Part shown: in pieces, positions 38,576 through 53,319 of the stretch | Position numbering within the stretch: position 1 is the first letter of the stretch | Layout: the number at the start of each line of letters is the position of its first letter | NCBI GenBank assembly: GCA_977030845.1 | Contig: OZ365112.1 | Coordinates: 14,260,001 to 14,324,000, forward strand | DNA from: Fimbriosthenelais zetlandica | Taxonomy: Eukaryota | Length of the DNA stretch: 64,000 nucleotides | Direction: 5' to 3' | Position numbers and translations under genes: made by a program | The notes under the pieces: generated by a model | Seen by the model: the letters and a program-made list of their open reading frames with translations, nothing else | The model's database searches: none | What the model was told of the DNA's origin: nothing

Positions 38576-41500
38576 TCGTTATGGACACCAGTGGGCGTAC
38601 CCATATTGAACCAGCTGTCCATTCTGTCCTCCTTCATGATATCTATATCAAAATGATTTCATATATCAGCCCAGTACCCCTCACTGGAGAGTTCACGACC
38701 CCTCCTGTGTGCACCCTTGGAATTTTTGTGAATACCCTTTCCTCGGGTGTTGCAGCTGTTTGGGTGTAAGAGGGGCTAATGGCGTTTTTGCTTGACGGGG
38801 GAGACCGGCAGTCCGTAGCACATTGCCCGGCAAGTATTGGGGAGGAGGCGGGAAGGGTTTGGGGGTCTGTCCCCGGGAACCACCGGGCTACCCTATATAA
38901 TAGACCAAACGCCTTGTATTCAACCAACCTTGACGTTGTATGTCTATACATAAATGCGGGACTTTTAATCGAGTTATAAATTGATCGCTATACCCTCCCA
39001 TATTAAAAGATGTTAAACGTTAACAGTTTTTACTATGACTTAAATAATCACTATGGTTAAGTTGTAAATTGTCTAAGAAATTCTTTGATTTCGTTGAAAG
39101 TAGGTAATCAAGTGCATAGATTCAAACATAGCTTTGGTCCCGAAGAACGGATCGAATATTTAAATATTGTAGAAATATAGGCCACCGGGTTGCTAGCCCA
39201 CTCTCTCGCCTTATAGGTGGATTGAGATCTGACCTGAAATTTCTCTCCATTCCATTAATATTTGACAACATAAACTAGCCGCACCGGTCGATAGTTCGTG
39301 ACCCCTGTATCGATCCCACTGAACAACTGTCTGCCCAAAATCAATGTCACTCAAATATGCTGCATTAGAGACAATGTAGAACTCGGTGAATCAAATAATC
39401 CACCCACAAAATAAAGAGGAATATGGCTGCTGCATTTATGCTGGCCAATATGCTACCAAATCTTGCAACTTTTTAACTTCACATTCGCTGATTTTTTTGT
39501 CAATCAGTTGATAGGTATGCCTGGTATTTTATCCCTTCATTACAACGGTTATTGCGTACCATATTTATGAGAGAATACGCCAAGACTTTAGGACATTAAG
39601 GCTGATTTTGAGCTCGAATTATTTGTAAGATTTCCCCAAGAATTCTCGGAAATCTGCTCATTCGATTGCTCTGATAAAATTCAGGATCCTTTTCTGTATT
39701 TTTCGCAATATACATCACTGGTGATATACATCAATTGAATCCGTAAAAGAGCGCAATATTGTTATTGCTTTATCACTTTGGTGCGGTGCTTTGTCGCCAT
39801 TAGTGGTGGGAGAGAATGCTCGTAGATGAACACAAGCTTTCTCCTCTTGGTGGCTCCACGGTTTGCCTTCCACCCAGGAGGTGGGGGAAACGCTGCTGCT
39901 TCATTCAACAATACAGCCTTTCATGTATGAAAGCCCACCCAAATACAGCTTAAAATACCGTCTCCTTATCTAAATTAGCGTGAAGTGGAATATTAAAATC
40001 GCTGCTCCATTTTCTGTAGCTTACTGTACCAGAAAATTTAAGGATTTGCACTGTAATTAAGATATGGTATAAGTAATTATTATTCAAGGTAATAACTGCA
40101 GCAAAATATGGATGGGTCATAGCTTCAGGACTATTCCTGAACCCATTATATTTGGCCTAGTTCCAGTTTAAGACCTAAATTTAGGTCATTATGAAGCTTG
40201 ACCGCACTTGCTGAAGGCAACTAATGATATAGGCCTTGCATTGTTACTATACGCATTGTTACTGTTCACAAATGTCATAATATTATGGCTGTATATGTAC
40301 ACTGTTTAGCAACGCAAACTAATTATGCAACATCAATATATGATGAAGCAACAGCAACAACAACATTGAGATTCCTAAGTTAAGTTTGGCTGAGACAAAT
40401 CACCGCAGCATATGGACATGGGACAGGCAGGGAGACCTGTCTTGTTCAGAAATGGATCATATTCCGGTCTCTGCCTTTTCTTTCACTCTTCCCTTAATAC
40501 ATGATGAATCAGTCCCCCTCACAGAACCCCCACCCCTGTACGCCACCCCTCCATACCACCCTACCCAACTAATTATCGATATCTCATATTTCCATTTCTA
40601 TTTTTCACTTTGTAATTGTCCTCTAGTAAGAGAAGAAGGACTGTAGGAGGAGGCGGGCGAGGAAAATGGATGCCGAAGCGAGGAGAGAGAATGAGTGGAG
40701 TCTTTTCTTTGTTGTTCCTCACTTTGCATCAGAAAACAGTAGAGCGAGGACTAATTTGCCATTTGCCGGATTGGGGCAATCAAGAAGTTTTTTTCTGATT
40801 GCAAGAGCTGAGCAAAATCTAGCAAGCTGCTCCTGTTACACCTAACGAGCTCATACATCGAGTAATGATGTAAAGTAACTCATTCCCCCCTCCCCCCTCG
40901 TTTTTTACCCCCTCCAGAACTGATGGATTGAACTGGCTAGGCTTTGAATGGACCTACCATCAACAATACAATCCAAATCTGCATTGTCTGTCTATACCCA
41001 TACAAGCTATTTTCCCTCTCCCTCATTTCATCATCTCGATAATAATGGTAATAATTCCTGAAGGCGTTTGATATATCAAAGAGATGGACTTCCTCTCATA
41101 GAATGGAAGAATGGATCCGTAACCGACGCTTGGAAAGGCAAACAAGATTTTTGTGCTGAAGGAAAAGTTTTCATTTGAGAGTGGCTGGTGTGTGGGTATT
41201 GGAGTGCTCATCGATATATTACAAGACTTGTAGGCACTGGGTGTGCATTTCTGTCCTAATTCATCATCACAGTTGCAGCAGTCCCCTCCCTTTTCTATGG
41301 ACACAAAAAGGCACCAAAGAACCCGAGCCATCTTCAATCTTCCTTCAATGTATGAAGCCTTTAATAATTCAAAAGCTGCTTTGGCACACTCTGGGGAGGC
41401 AGTGCATGGTGTTGTCTTCGAATTTCGCACGAACACGCACACAAAGACTGGGCTTGATAATTTTAAAACTTACCTTCCCTCCCTCATTTAATTCTTTAAT

Positions 41501-44500
41501 CCGAAGTAAAATGAACTATTTCGTATAGTATCATGAAAGATACGTTGCTCACTCGAAAAGTTTTAACATCCCGAATAATGTGGGGTCTGGAAATAATTTT
41601 AGTTTGAATGAAACTATTTGGTGTATTTCTGAATGAAACATCAGAGAATATCAACCCATCTATTCCCCTATTTATGTCGTTAGAGCCATGATTTGAACAT
41701 TCCTTTGAGCCAATACAAGCTTTGAGGTAATAAGGCTAAAGCGTGTCGGTTCAGATGTGTTACACACATTTCCTATATATTGAACCACGATGCTAGCCAG
41801 AAGTTACGTTCACATTGCAACATGCCTCCATCTCCCCACGACAACCAATCGACCCAGTTGGCAAAAAGCCCAGATAATATGAAACTTGGGGTAGAAATCC
41901 GCCACTCCGTGTGGTGCCTGACTTATAGGTGGTGGAATATATTTGTAGGCAGATGATAGACAGGGCAGGGGCTACAGTGATGGGCTGGAGTGTCTGATTT
42001 AGGTTAGGTTGCCATGGAGAGAGCTGGGGAGAGGGAAAAAGGGTGCGAACGCTGGTGTATATCAATAGCAAATGAAGGGGTCAATCTGGAGTGTTTCTAT
42101 CTATAACATATGGTTTATTTGGCCAGCTATTGGCTCTGCTTTCCTCAGATGAAATAAATATTTTTGGTTTGGCATTGAACATACAGATTATTTTGGTGTG
42201 TGATGGTATAAATAAAATTAAAGGAATATTTATAAAATATTGATGAATATATATATTATTCATTCAGCATTAGGCGATTCCTATCATATTGAAAATAATC
42301 AGGCCAAAAATAAATTATTTCATGTGTAGGACTAATTTCCGTTATAGTAACTTAAGTGAGTTTTTTTATTATATGGTATTATTTTTAGTGATCAATTGAC
42401 CTCGCAGGCCAACAGACATGGCCCTTGTCCTCCCATGTCAATCTTTTACATATGGTACTAGATTTTTAGTTGCCTACTTTGTGGCTATTTTTTGTGGTGA
42501 AAGTCAGTGATGAAAGGTCTTAGCAAGATCGAGCATCTCTGGAAAAACCATATGGCTACATGGATATTACATGGTTTTTATTCCACGACGGGTCATCAAG
42601 TGGAATGTGGGCCTGCTGGTTACAACGACCACATACCTTCATAAGAGGACATGTATTCATTTAACGAATATAACCGTTAATCTCTTATTAATCATTTCAT
42701 ATGGCTAATAAACCAAACTTGGGTTTGAATGGATATCATACTATTGGACCGTTGATTTTACCGATAATTATCGGTTGTAGGTGGATTTCTGAAGTCAGTG
42801 GGAAAAATCCCCTTCCTTATAAATGCCCGGGTATAAATGCTGAAGAGCAATTTTGTAAGTCGGTATTAGGCTTCTATTTATATTTATATATGCAGCACGA
42901 GTTTCCCCCATTTTCATTAATCTGGGGAGTGTAGAAATTTGCTGGTTTGTAGAATAAAGACATCATATTTGAGGGGGAAGAGTGGTGGTGGCAGTAGACA
43001 GGGACATGTTTTACTGTCACTCAGTCACATTTAGCTGTCACACCCTCCTCTGCCCACTAACTGTCAACTGACGCATCCCCCATCACCAAACGCACTAAAT
43101 TTCTTACATCCACACATGTGTGATACGCATTATTAACTCACCTAATTATTAATGGTGTGTTAATTATCTACCAGTTCAATTTGTTAGCCAGGTATATGGG
43201 AGGTCGAAATATATGCCCCTTACATGCGATGTCAGTGTGAGTACAAATACAAGGAACAACAAGTGCGGAAACACCGTCACAAATCTATAGGCCTATGTAG
43301 CCTACCCACTTTCCCTCAATTCCCAAGAAAACGATTTTAAAATATCTCGACCTAGTTTTCTTCTGGAATTTAAGCTTGTTAATTATTCTGCACATAAATC
43401 ATATTTTCCCGTTCAAATTTACGATGGTATCCTATCCTGACCCTTCAAATATGAAGCTAATTTGGGATACGATTATATCTAATTAATGTGCGCAACAAAT
43501 TCCAAAGAAGTTAACGGAAAATTACATCTTCTAATTTGAATTTAATCATTTCAACCTGCCGTCACTAAGGCAGCATGCCAACAGCGGAAAGGCTGATAAC
43601 ATTGTTTTTCCTGTCAAGAGACAGTATCTTGTCTTTGAACATGGAATGGTATATAATATTATCGATTGTTTCAAAATTATCACATATTTCCTACCAAAGG
43701 TGCAATCATCGGTGTGTACATATTATAGGTGTGAATGTTCCTCATTATGTGATGTTAATTATAGAGCAGTCCAGCCCTAATTAATACCGTATACCGTCCC
43801 TGTGGTTTCCATGCAAATTCACTCACAATTTTGGTCTTGTTGAGGAATAATTAACACCATATTGTCTCTCACACACAAATTTGTCTGCAGAACTAGTTCA
43901 TCTAGATTTCCCGCTTTCTAGACTCACCCATTAGATGTTGCTTTATATAACTCCCAAATTAGCGTAATTTTCCTCCATATTTGAAGAATCGAAATTTCTT
44001 CCAATTTCTTCACAACGAAAATAGCATCTTCCTCCCCTCTTAAACTGGCCAAGTGAAACAAATTGTTAAGTCGTATACAATATTCAATTGCTAAAAAGAG
44101 ATTTATGATTTTTACGGATACATCTTGAATTTAGATTCAATAATGAATGTGCGTTTAAAAGTGTATAGGGAATGCACTTGCTTAGAGGACTGACGGAGGG
44201 ATATGATGGGGTTGATGTGACCCATGGGAAGAGTATGACTCGGAGAAACTGGAGGAAAAGTATAGGGGAGTTAAGGGAAGAGGATGTGTGAGATAGGAGA
44301 CCTGAGTGTGTGCCATTTATCATAACCACTAACAGCTGTGAGCGCCGCGTCCCTCCTCTCTGGAAGCCGACATAGGAATGAACTATATGTGTTAAATTCC
44401 TCATCGTCCTCCTCCCCTACTGCTCCTCCGGCTAAACATAGACAGAACCAGACTTTATCATAAGTCAGGGGTCAACGGGTGCTGCAGGCGTGAAAATTAT

Positions 44501-45313
44501 ATCATACCAAACCCCGCTATAAATAAAGGCATTATAGGTGGACGCAGGTCTATACCTCACAAAAGTTAGGGATATGCTTCCCAAGGAATAGCATATTTTG
44601 AGCATTAGGAACATGGATATTGTCCTGTTTTTGTGACGCATAATTGGTAGACATTATTTAATTTTCAAATTTCGTTAATTATCAAACTGATATCACGTAA
44701 ATAATTCAAAGAAAATTCGTAAATAGTGACAACTTCTATAAAATGAGACCCACACGACCTATACGCGGTAGAACACTCGCGGTCGAGAAAATGTGATTCA
44801 ATTCTGTTATAATTCAATATACATGTAGGTATATTTCTCGTGTGAATATTGTTGTATAGTATCTTAAAAGATACATGTACAGGTGTTAATATTATCAGTT
44901 TGGCATTTAGGGATCATGTTCATGTAGGTGGAGAAATTATGTCCTCAGCTACAGTTCAATGTAGGCCTAGGTCTTCAGTATAATATATATATATATGTAG
45001 CCTAACGATTAAAAAGTGAGCTATGCAACAATACTTTGATAGAAACCATCCAGGGCTATTGCTTTATATCGAAATAATGGCAGACTTTCAGTAAATTGAT
45101 CGTCATGAAAGTTGAAAACAATGTGTGGCATTTCTCCCCTTGCTCACCCGGGCCCTGTATTCCATCTTAGGCGGCACCTTGTCGCCGGCCGTCCCGCCTA
45201 CTGCGGCGTCCTCGGGCGGTGTCCGTGCCCAATACCCTGCCTCCATCTCCCTCCCACATGTGTATTATTTAGCCTGGTAAAATCATGATATATACAAGCC
45301 GGCAGGATATATA

Positions 45314-45344
45314 TGACCGAGGTCAACAGAGGTCAGAAAGGTGA
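45314..45344 (+). promoter_or_regulatory. Nuclear-receptor response element: perfect DR4 with flanking half-sites
   Basis: TGACCG-AGGTCA-ACAG-AGGTCA-GAA-AGGTGA; the AGGTCA copies are at 45320-45325 and 45330-45335. Confidence 0.5.
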
Positions 45345-48300
45345 ACCCCTCCTGGTGGTTAGATAGCAATATCCAGGCATACCCTGAATCTAGAAATTAT
45401 GTACAGGCCTACATAGAGTAGATATAGGCCTAGTACAGGGCTCCACCGATAGTACAGGAATACTATTTCTAAATGGATATTTCATTATGCAATCTCTATA
45501 TTATCGTGATGGTGATGATAAATTATCGATCCCCCCTATAACGGCCTATAGCTGTGTAAAAAGTAATGTAATATTTGACTTGGATCTATATAATATAATA
45601 TTGAATTTCTCCACCTATACTCGAGCTATTTGATACCCGGTGGTGTGAAATCTTTGGCAGCAAAAAGGTATATTTTTAGCGAAAATATATTTGTTGGGGA
45701 TGATATTTGTTGAGAAAAACTGCCCCGGAATTCCTGCTGTCTTAATATAAATAATTTTAACGACAGAATTGATTTTTTTTGGATGCGTCACTGGAAAATA
45801 CTGACAATAGACTTTGCTCGGGTTACGAATTTTCCCCTGAATTTACGGCTGAATTTCAGATTAATTAATAGTCCTAAATAATAGATAAAATCCCTGTGAA
45901 GAAAATTACCCAGAAATAATGGATAATCCGTCTAATAAAACTCTGAATGGAGTATAATTTTTGCCGCTTGAGGCTGAATTAAATGTTTATTTTCTCCTCA
46001 TAACTTCACGTGACAATCAAGCCTTCATCAGTGGAGAGTTCCATCATGGGAGGGAGTAAGAAAGCGGTGTAGAATCTGTCATGGGGGATTTTTAATCCTC
46101 CTCTCCATACATATACCATACCCTACCAATGTCTGTCTATCCATCATCACTCCGCCTTACTAATAACAATGATATGAAGTATATGTCTTGATTGGAGAAG
46201 TCCCAAATACACACTCATACAGCGGGCGCCCACTGCCAGAGGAAAAGATTCATCCCGAGTCTTTCGTTCCCAATCAGTTGAGCAAAAGAAAGATAATGGA
46301 TCGTCCAAACAAGAAAAGAAAAGTTTCTTTTTAAAAAGAAGGTTCTCTCCCCTTTCACCTGCTTCTTCTTCCTCCCTTGCGACATTCATGTCCCTCTTTT
46401 TATCGGTAAATAAATATTTTTCTTCACTTTGAAAGCAGAAAAAACGCTTGTTTCAACATTGAGAGACAGGGGAGGACTTGGGAGGAATAAGTAGCTGTGT
46501 ATAGTAGTAAATATATGAGATTTTAAGGGTTGAGTTAGTTTGAAGAGAGTGGATTGCGTGTGGAGGGTTTTCTCCGTGCTGACAGTTACAATCCGAGGAA
46601 AACTTTATTTGTGTTATTTAATCAAGGCTGGAAATGATGGGTGAGGGAGAGGGAGAAAGTTGACTGGAGTTTTGTTCTCCGCTCGGAGCGCAGTGAGTGC
46701 GGGAAGGGACCCGAAATGGACCTAATCCATTTTGGTGGTGACGAATGGGCCGCCAGGAAGGGAAGACAAAAGACAGAATAACTCATACTTAATCTACAAC
46801 TTGTTCCAAGCCGTGTCCTGCTGGGAGTTTTGTAATTGTCTTCTGTAGATAGATGGTGTGTGTTATTTTCTTTAATACAAGCATGCTTGCGAGGCTTCAC
46901 CCAACCCCCCACCCAGCCTCCCCTACCGCCACCCAACCACCACCACCACACACTCCATATAAGCCGATTATACACAACAAATGACCTGCGCCGAGACAAA
47001 AGCCTCATGGCAGCCCATCCAATCATATTTGTCTTTACATCGCTATCACGTTTATCTCCATTGGAAGATTTGGTATATGTGGGTATGCATGGAACTATAG
47101 TGAGATAGCATCATAAAATACTGATCGTCCCATCATGAATGCATTGCTTCTTTTGTATAAGAAATTGTCAGGTCAACCCCTCAATCTGTGCCCTGTGGAT
47201 TATTTACAATGCTTATAGTTATATATATCTTCATAATATCACCCATGACATCTATTTGACCTTAGGATCCATCAGTTAATATTCATGTATTTTCATTGGG
47301 CTGAAATTAAGGAGCATATATGTTCCTGAATGAACAGGAATATGAGCTTTAGCCTTTGGAAATACGTTCATTTGTGTAAATAAGTCAACGGGATAGAGCC
47401 TTTTCGTATTCGGAAATGTACTCGTTGCAAGTAGTATAGAAAATGGCAGTAATATAAAGGGACCTTGTACTGCATGTAGATGTACTGCATGTATACATAT
47501 AGTGCAAATTGTCATACATAATTTGTTTTCCGAATCTATCTAGATAATGTTCAAAGACTAACGTCCTCTCAATTTAAATGTATATAATGGAATTTAATAT
47601 AGAATTCGTCCCTCTAAATGTTATTCAAAAAACATAGGAGGCTTCCGGGTCATAAAACCACTTTAAGAGGGAGAGAAATGGGAGAAAAGAGTGATTCCTT
47701 TTGCCATCAGTGGTAGCAGGTAGTCAGGACCCAATGGCCTTCCCACTAACACGGGGCACGTAAACAGTCAATTGTTACTGACCCCAAGACACAGCCGGAC
47801 CACGACCATCACTTACACATATCATAAGTCCTCACACTCATCCTTCCTTCTCCCTTCATACAAATTACCCTCCAGGGCTGACCCCCCTCTCCCCAGCCCA
47901 GGAGGCCCCCCTCCCGCCCCCCTCCACCTATCCCCAATGCCCGGCCCCTCCAGCGATTGCCTGCCTGCCTTCCTGCCCCGCTCGCCTCCAGCGTAAATAG
48001 ATGTGTCTTGTCCAGGTAATGCCCTCCCAGTTTCCAAGATAATGGCTCTGGCAGGGGGAGATTAGCTTGTTTTGGGACACAACAGATAGAGCTAATCCAC
48101 TTCTCCAGGGCCTTAATCCCTTCACTGAACGAGTATATCAAGCGCCACTTATGCTCCCTATCCCCAACTACATTTCCTCTCTCCATTGCTCAACGTAGGC
48201 CCTCACGTTGATCGTCTTTTGATGATGTCGGCGAGGGATTGATCAGCTACAAAATCAAATAGAATCTTCCTCAAGCCATTACAAACATCTAATTACTCTG

Positions 48301-51300
48301 CCTCATCCTAACATCAATGCCCGCCATTTTGAGCGACCATTAATATTTATGGTACATGCCACTCATTGCATGTATGGATGTGGATACGAAAAGGCCAACT
48401 TCAAATTGGATTTCTGATGCCACTCCATAAGAGATAAAAATCTCATTAGTTTTTTTGGCGAAGAAAAGGCCTGCCATAGTACAACTCGTTGTTGATGTAA
48501 TTGTTTTGCATCAGAGTATCCTACAGGCATACAATTTTTATGACTGTGTTCTTTATTAGATAAAGTGTGTTACACTGTTTTGTAACTGATGTAATTGTTA
48601 TAGGGCTAGTTTGTAGTTGCCCAGAGGTATGTGTGGAATCCCACTCCCATGCATATCGTTAGTACATGATATCAAATAGATATTCGTTGAATTGCGGGTC
48701 CTATATCCGCGATGTACATTACAGGTATTATTAGTTAGCCTTTTGACTTCTTTTTGTCAATCTATTCACAAGAAGATATTTGTTGGCAATATCCCAGAAG
48801 TCATTTACACGAAAGACCTTTTTATGAACCCCTATTTTGTCCTGCACAAAAAGGAATCCTCTATGGGGTTTTTGTTTTAAAACTGCAACTGTATTGTAAA
48901 CCCTGTTCCAGCTGTATTTTAAAGTAATATATCACCAAAACTTTTTAAGAAACTTTCAAGACAAAACGTGATGGCACGCCATTTGTCCATTCACATTGGC
49001 ACCTGGATACCCCAGGAAATGAATCATAAAGAAAGTAATAGAGAAAAGAAATAAGAACATCTGAAAAGGGAAAAAGTAAGGTTTTGAAGGACAAAGTGTC
49101 CTTGACTTCAGTTTTGTATGAACAGTACAGGAGGTGAATTAAGGGCTATTTTTTCAGGGAACAATCCCACATGGGAAGCAGTGTGTCTGTGCTTCGTCAG
49201 GTGTCGTCCCTCCCACTGATTGTGGGCCAGATAAGATATGGCAATTATAGGTCTCTATGAGACGATACGATCTAAACATGAATACATGTTTGACATGTAC
49301 TTGAGGCCTACCTTCTAATTATAGTTGGGAAATGATACTTACTGTCGCCACTATACTCGCTTGGGAGATGTTCCTGCGATCACCCTCCTACATACTAAAC
49401 TATATCAACTCTTCCCTGCTATACACACATTGACCCAACCAAACAAAGGCTGATAAGAACTCGCAGTTGGCTTTCTTTCTTCTTGGCCAATTGCAAGAGG
49501 TTTTGGGTCTCAATCTTGCAATGTGGTCCAGCAACTTTCGGTTGGACTAGCAGCTACAATGAAAGAGGCAATTTGGAGGACTGAATATGCATGAGCTGAC
49601 CCAGATGGACTGGTCTAAAGGACAGTTTGACTGATGATTCCAGCTCTTTTTATTGGGGTTTGATTTTCTTTGGTTCATATATCATTCTTTAAGTGGGTTC
49701 TCTGCATTTGTTGCCAGTCGGAACTGACCGGGCCTTCGATAAGTAGGCACTCACCATCTGCCTAGTGGAAGAAAGATGGTGGACAGTCTGCACATTCCTT
49801 TCCTCGGTTCAAATTTTAAGGATTTTCAGTTGAAAGTCAACTCAGATTTCCATTAAGCCTAAATGTGATGGAATGGCACATATCACCACATATAAATATG
49901 TGATTTGCCTTCTATGGTGGGGTCGGGGAGGTTTATTGCATCCTGTATGTACTAATGTCTTTACAAGCATTGCCCCCCATTTGATGTTCGAGGACAGACT
50001 CGTTATAGGGAATAGCTGTTATGTAAGAGGAAAATAACGTTGATAGTATGATAAAAGTCGAGTATGTATATTAACTGAGGACATGACCATTATAATAGGT
50101 TTATGACCATACATATGGGTTCTGATTGATATTGTCTACTCCATATAATATGCTTCAACTCACGATAAGAAATACCTCCCTTTTAAGACAAAATCATACA
50201 GAAATGTAATAAATTTCTGTCAATTTTCTCTGAGATTTATGTCCTTCTTGCCTGTGTCTACATGTTGGTACAGGGCCCCATCAAAACTTCATTAAATCTT
50301 ATTTGAAATTAGCTCGTTCATTCTAGATCCACATGACAAGTTGGCATTAATCAAGCACACACTTAAACCAACAAAGACCACACAAAATGCTAATCATACT
50401 GCTATAAAGACACCACTTATACCCACAGTATCTGATCCAAAACACATATGTCATACTAGACACTGTATGATAAATCCCATACACTCCATGCCCCCGAGGA
50501 TAGTATGTCTATGATCCTACAGCATTTAATGTATGATATATTGATTTAGAGCATGCAACATAAGGCCAATACATGTTCATGTTCTGAGAGTCAAATTATA
50601 CACCAAAACCATCACGTTATTCACTGCAATGATAATTCACGAATTCTAAATTTTGCACATTCCATTCATTGTCAATCACAATGCAAATGTCTTGAACATG
50701 GTGTTTCATAATGACAGGATCGAGTTCTAATCTTAGTTTGTGCAAATATTACTGAAGAAAGCAAAGTTTGCATATATAATTCTGGTAAGAGCCAGACTTA
50801 TATTCAGACTTTAGGTGGTTACCAGCAGGAGAAAGCCCTTTATGGGAAGTCTGGCTTGAAGGGAACAACCAAGGTGCGTGAGCTTAGGACATAAACTAGC
50901 GGCAGCTCATGGACCCCAGGGAACCAAAGCAAACCCATTCCCCCTGTAACTAGTTGTCCAAGTCTAAAAGGGTGATCAAAGTAGTGTATCAGCCACCCAC
51001 CTTGCTGCAATTAGTTGCTCATTGAGAGGGGAAGTTTTATATGCCATGTGGGAATGCAGGGCCACTGATCCTCATCCCCTATAGGATCCTTCCACTTTGG
51101 ATCTTGAAAGCTTAGATCATTGAACCACTTAGCCAGACATGATTGGTAATTGTTTTATATTAGACAAATCACATCAACTGCTAGCTTCTATTTTACATCA
51201 TTCATTATTCAGTTAATATGATTTTTAGTTTGAAAATGGCATTTGTTATCTTGTTTTTTAACGGAATTACAACTTTTTATCATGGTGGGATCTGGCTTTC

Positions 51301-53024
51301 CTACAGCTGTTACAACATAAATATGTGCATAATTACTAGGTAGACAATACATGGCCTATATAAACAGAGGTGTATAATATGCTAAAAAAAAAAGTGTAAA
51401 TAAGAAAACAATTGGAACAATTCTGACCCCTAGATAAGCCTGAATTTCTGCCAATTTCCAGCATCGATCCATTCAGCTATGAAAACATTACCATACGATT
51501 ACAATATCTTAGATTGATAAGTTTATAAACAGGTTCTTTAGCTGTCCCTAGGGTGTCATATTCAGTATGGCGCTTATATAGAACTCAGGGGAAATGGGTA
51601 GTGTATTAAAATGATCCAAAGAGATCTAAAGCATAGGCTGCATGGTATAGAAGCAAACTCCCAGAGGATGTCTGTGACCATTGAATGGAAACCAAAGTGG
51701 AATCACTATTACTAAGTATCAGTGTATATATTTCCAATAGTATAAGTTGAGTGGAGATGTATAGTAAATCTCTTTTACGTATGTTCCACAACTTTTCAGC
51801 AGTTTCCATACATCTAACTATTTCTCTAATGATTTTCGACTTTAATGCCTATCAGTTGTCGGGTAACATGGAAGACAAATTCCAAAACAGATTCCAGACC
51901 TATAGTGTTGACATAAGTTATTTGTTTCAACATTTGGTGCCACCCTTTTTGTCCTAAGTGTGTGTGTTCCAGAACTGGGGATTAAATTATTCTGTCGGTG
52001 GGGCTACATATCCCCCTCTGATCCCTTCTCTTCCTTTCCATCAAATAACCTCACAGCATTACATCATGTCCTTCTTAACACCCCTTCCCTCTCTCATTCT
52101 TTTCTTTTGCCCCTCCCCCCTAACCATTGTCTTCCCTTTATTCTTCTCCCCCACCTTCCACAGCTATACACCCCCTTCATCCCCCCTTCCCTCCCCTATC
52201 TCTCCCCCTCTTGTGTGAGTTATGGGTTTTTCGGGGTATGCTCTTATCATGTGACACCGTGGGTGACGCTCTTGCCCCCCGATTCCAAATGGGACGGGGC
52301 AGGAATGGCTGGCAGGAGGGGGAGATAGAAGAAAGAATATAAATCTCAGTCGAGGAAAGTGACCATTAAACGGGGGGATATAGTCCAAGGGATTGGAGGA
52401 AGGGGGCATTCAGAGACTTGGGACTGGCAGAAGGGGGTGTGGCACATCCCACACCAAATAAGCCACCTACCTCTCTTTACAAGTTCACTGGACCCTTGCC
52501 ATTACCCATTATTTATCGATACTCATGGAACCATCGCCTATTCCATGATTAACGACCGTAACAAAAACCATCTACCATCTTGCCACCCATTAAATTTTTT
52601 CAACCCACCCCCTCGCCTCATTTTGATACCCTCCCCCAACTCGCACTTCTGTTCCCTCTTGGACATTGTACCCCCCGACTACTCATTTTTTGTTGGCGCC
52701 AATTGGCTCGACCTTGACACGTGACCTGAAAATGGTTTTGAAATTTATCTTTTTCGGCTAGGTCGGTGATTTCTGAGGGACGCCGCTTGGCACCATTGGG
52801 GATTATGTGAGCAACAGAGGGAGAAGTGAGTGGACGCTTTAGAAGTGATAATGAAACGCCACCAACTGGACGGCCTGGGCTGGGACAGGAGACATAGTGA
52901 GTGGAGAAGCAGTGTCATGGCTGGACCTCCTCCAGCATGCCTCCACCATATACATACATATGTAGGATTTTACACCATTCTTCATCCGCCGGACCATCTT
53001 TATCCTTCCTCCTGTGTGCTGCAG

Positions 53025-53108
53025 CGCCTTTTAAACACCGTCCTGGTGTATACATGACAACAGGACCCTCCCCCTCTCCATGGTTACCACCCTGGACGAG
53101 CTCCATTG
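53025..53108 (+). other. Candidate 84-nt internal exon (phase 1-1; PFKHRPGVYMTTGPSPSPWLPPWTSSI if coding)
   Basis: Pyrimidine-rich tract ending CAG at 53022-53024 and donor TTG|GTGAGT at 53109. Only one frame is open. No homology recognised. Confidence 0.35.
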
Positions 53109-53319
53109 GTGAGTACATTGATTAAATATTTATTTTATTTATCTTCCTCAAAATCCCACTTTTCTTTGACTTTCTTGACCCAAATGTCTCAAGATAGTAT
53201 GTAGACCCCCTTATGATCATATCCCGTATAGCTGAGTGTGATTGAAGGGTATTAACAGCGAGATTAAGGGGTTTTTCTGGGACCTACTTAGAAATGTTAA
53301 TGGGCCCTCCCTTATTCTC

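Noticed and set aside
41023-41528. Overlapping long ORFs (139, 117 and 82 aa), including KRHQRTRAIF and WIRNRR resembling homeodomain ends
   Set aside because: The motifs are in different frames, no full domain is present, there are no splice sites, and ORFs of this length are expected by chance in 6 frames of 64 kb.
51424-51558. Imperfect 10-11-bp terminal inverted repeat (TGACCCCTAG ... CTAGGGTGTCA), suggesting a small MITE
   Set aside because: Short, contains an indel, and has no clear target-site duplication; compatible with chance. Other MITE-looking AT-rich stretches (~4860-5056, 39330-39720, 43330-43560, 45640-45930) could not be verified without a repeat library.
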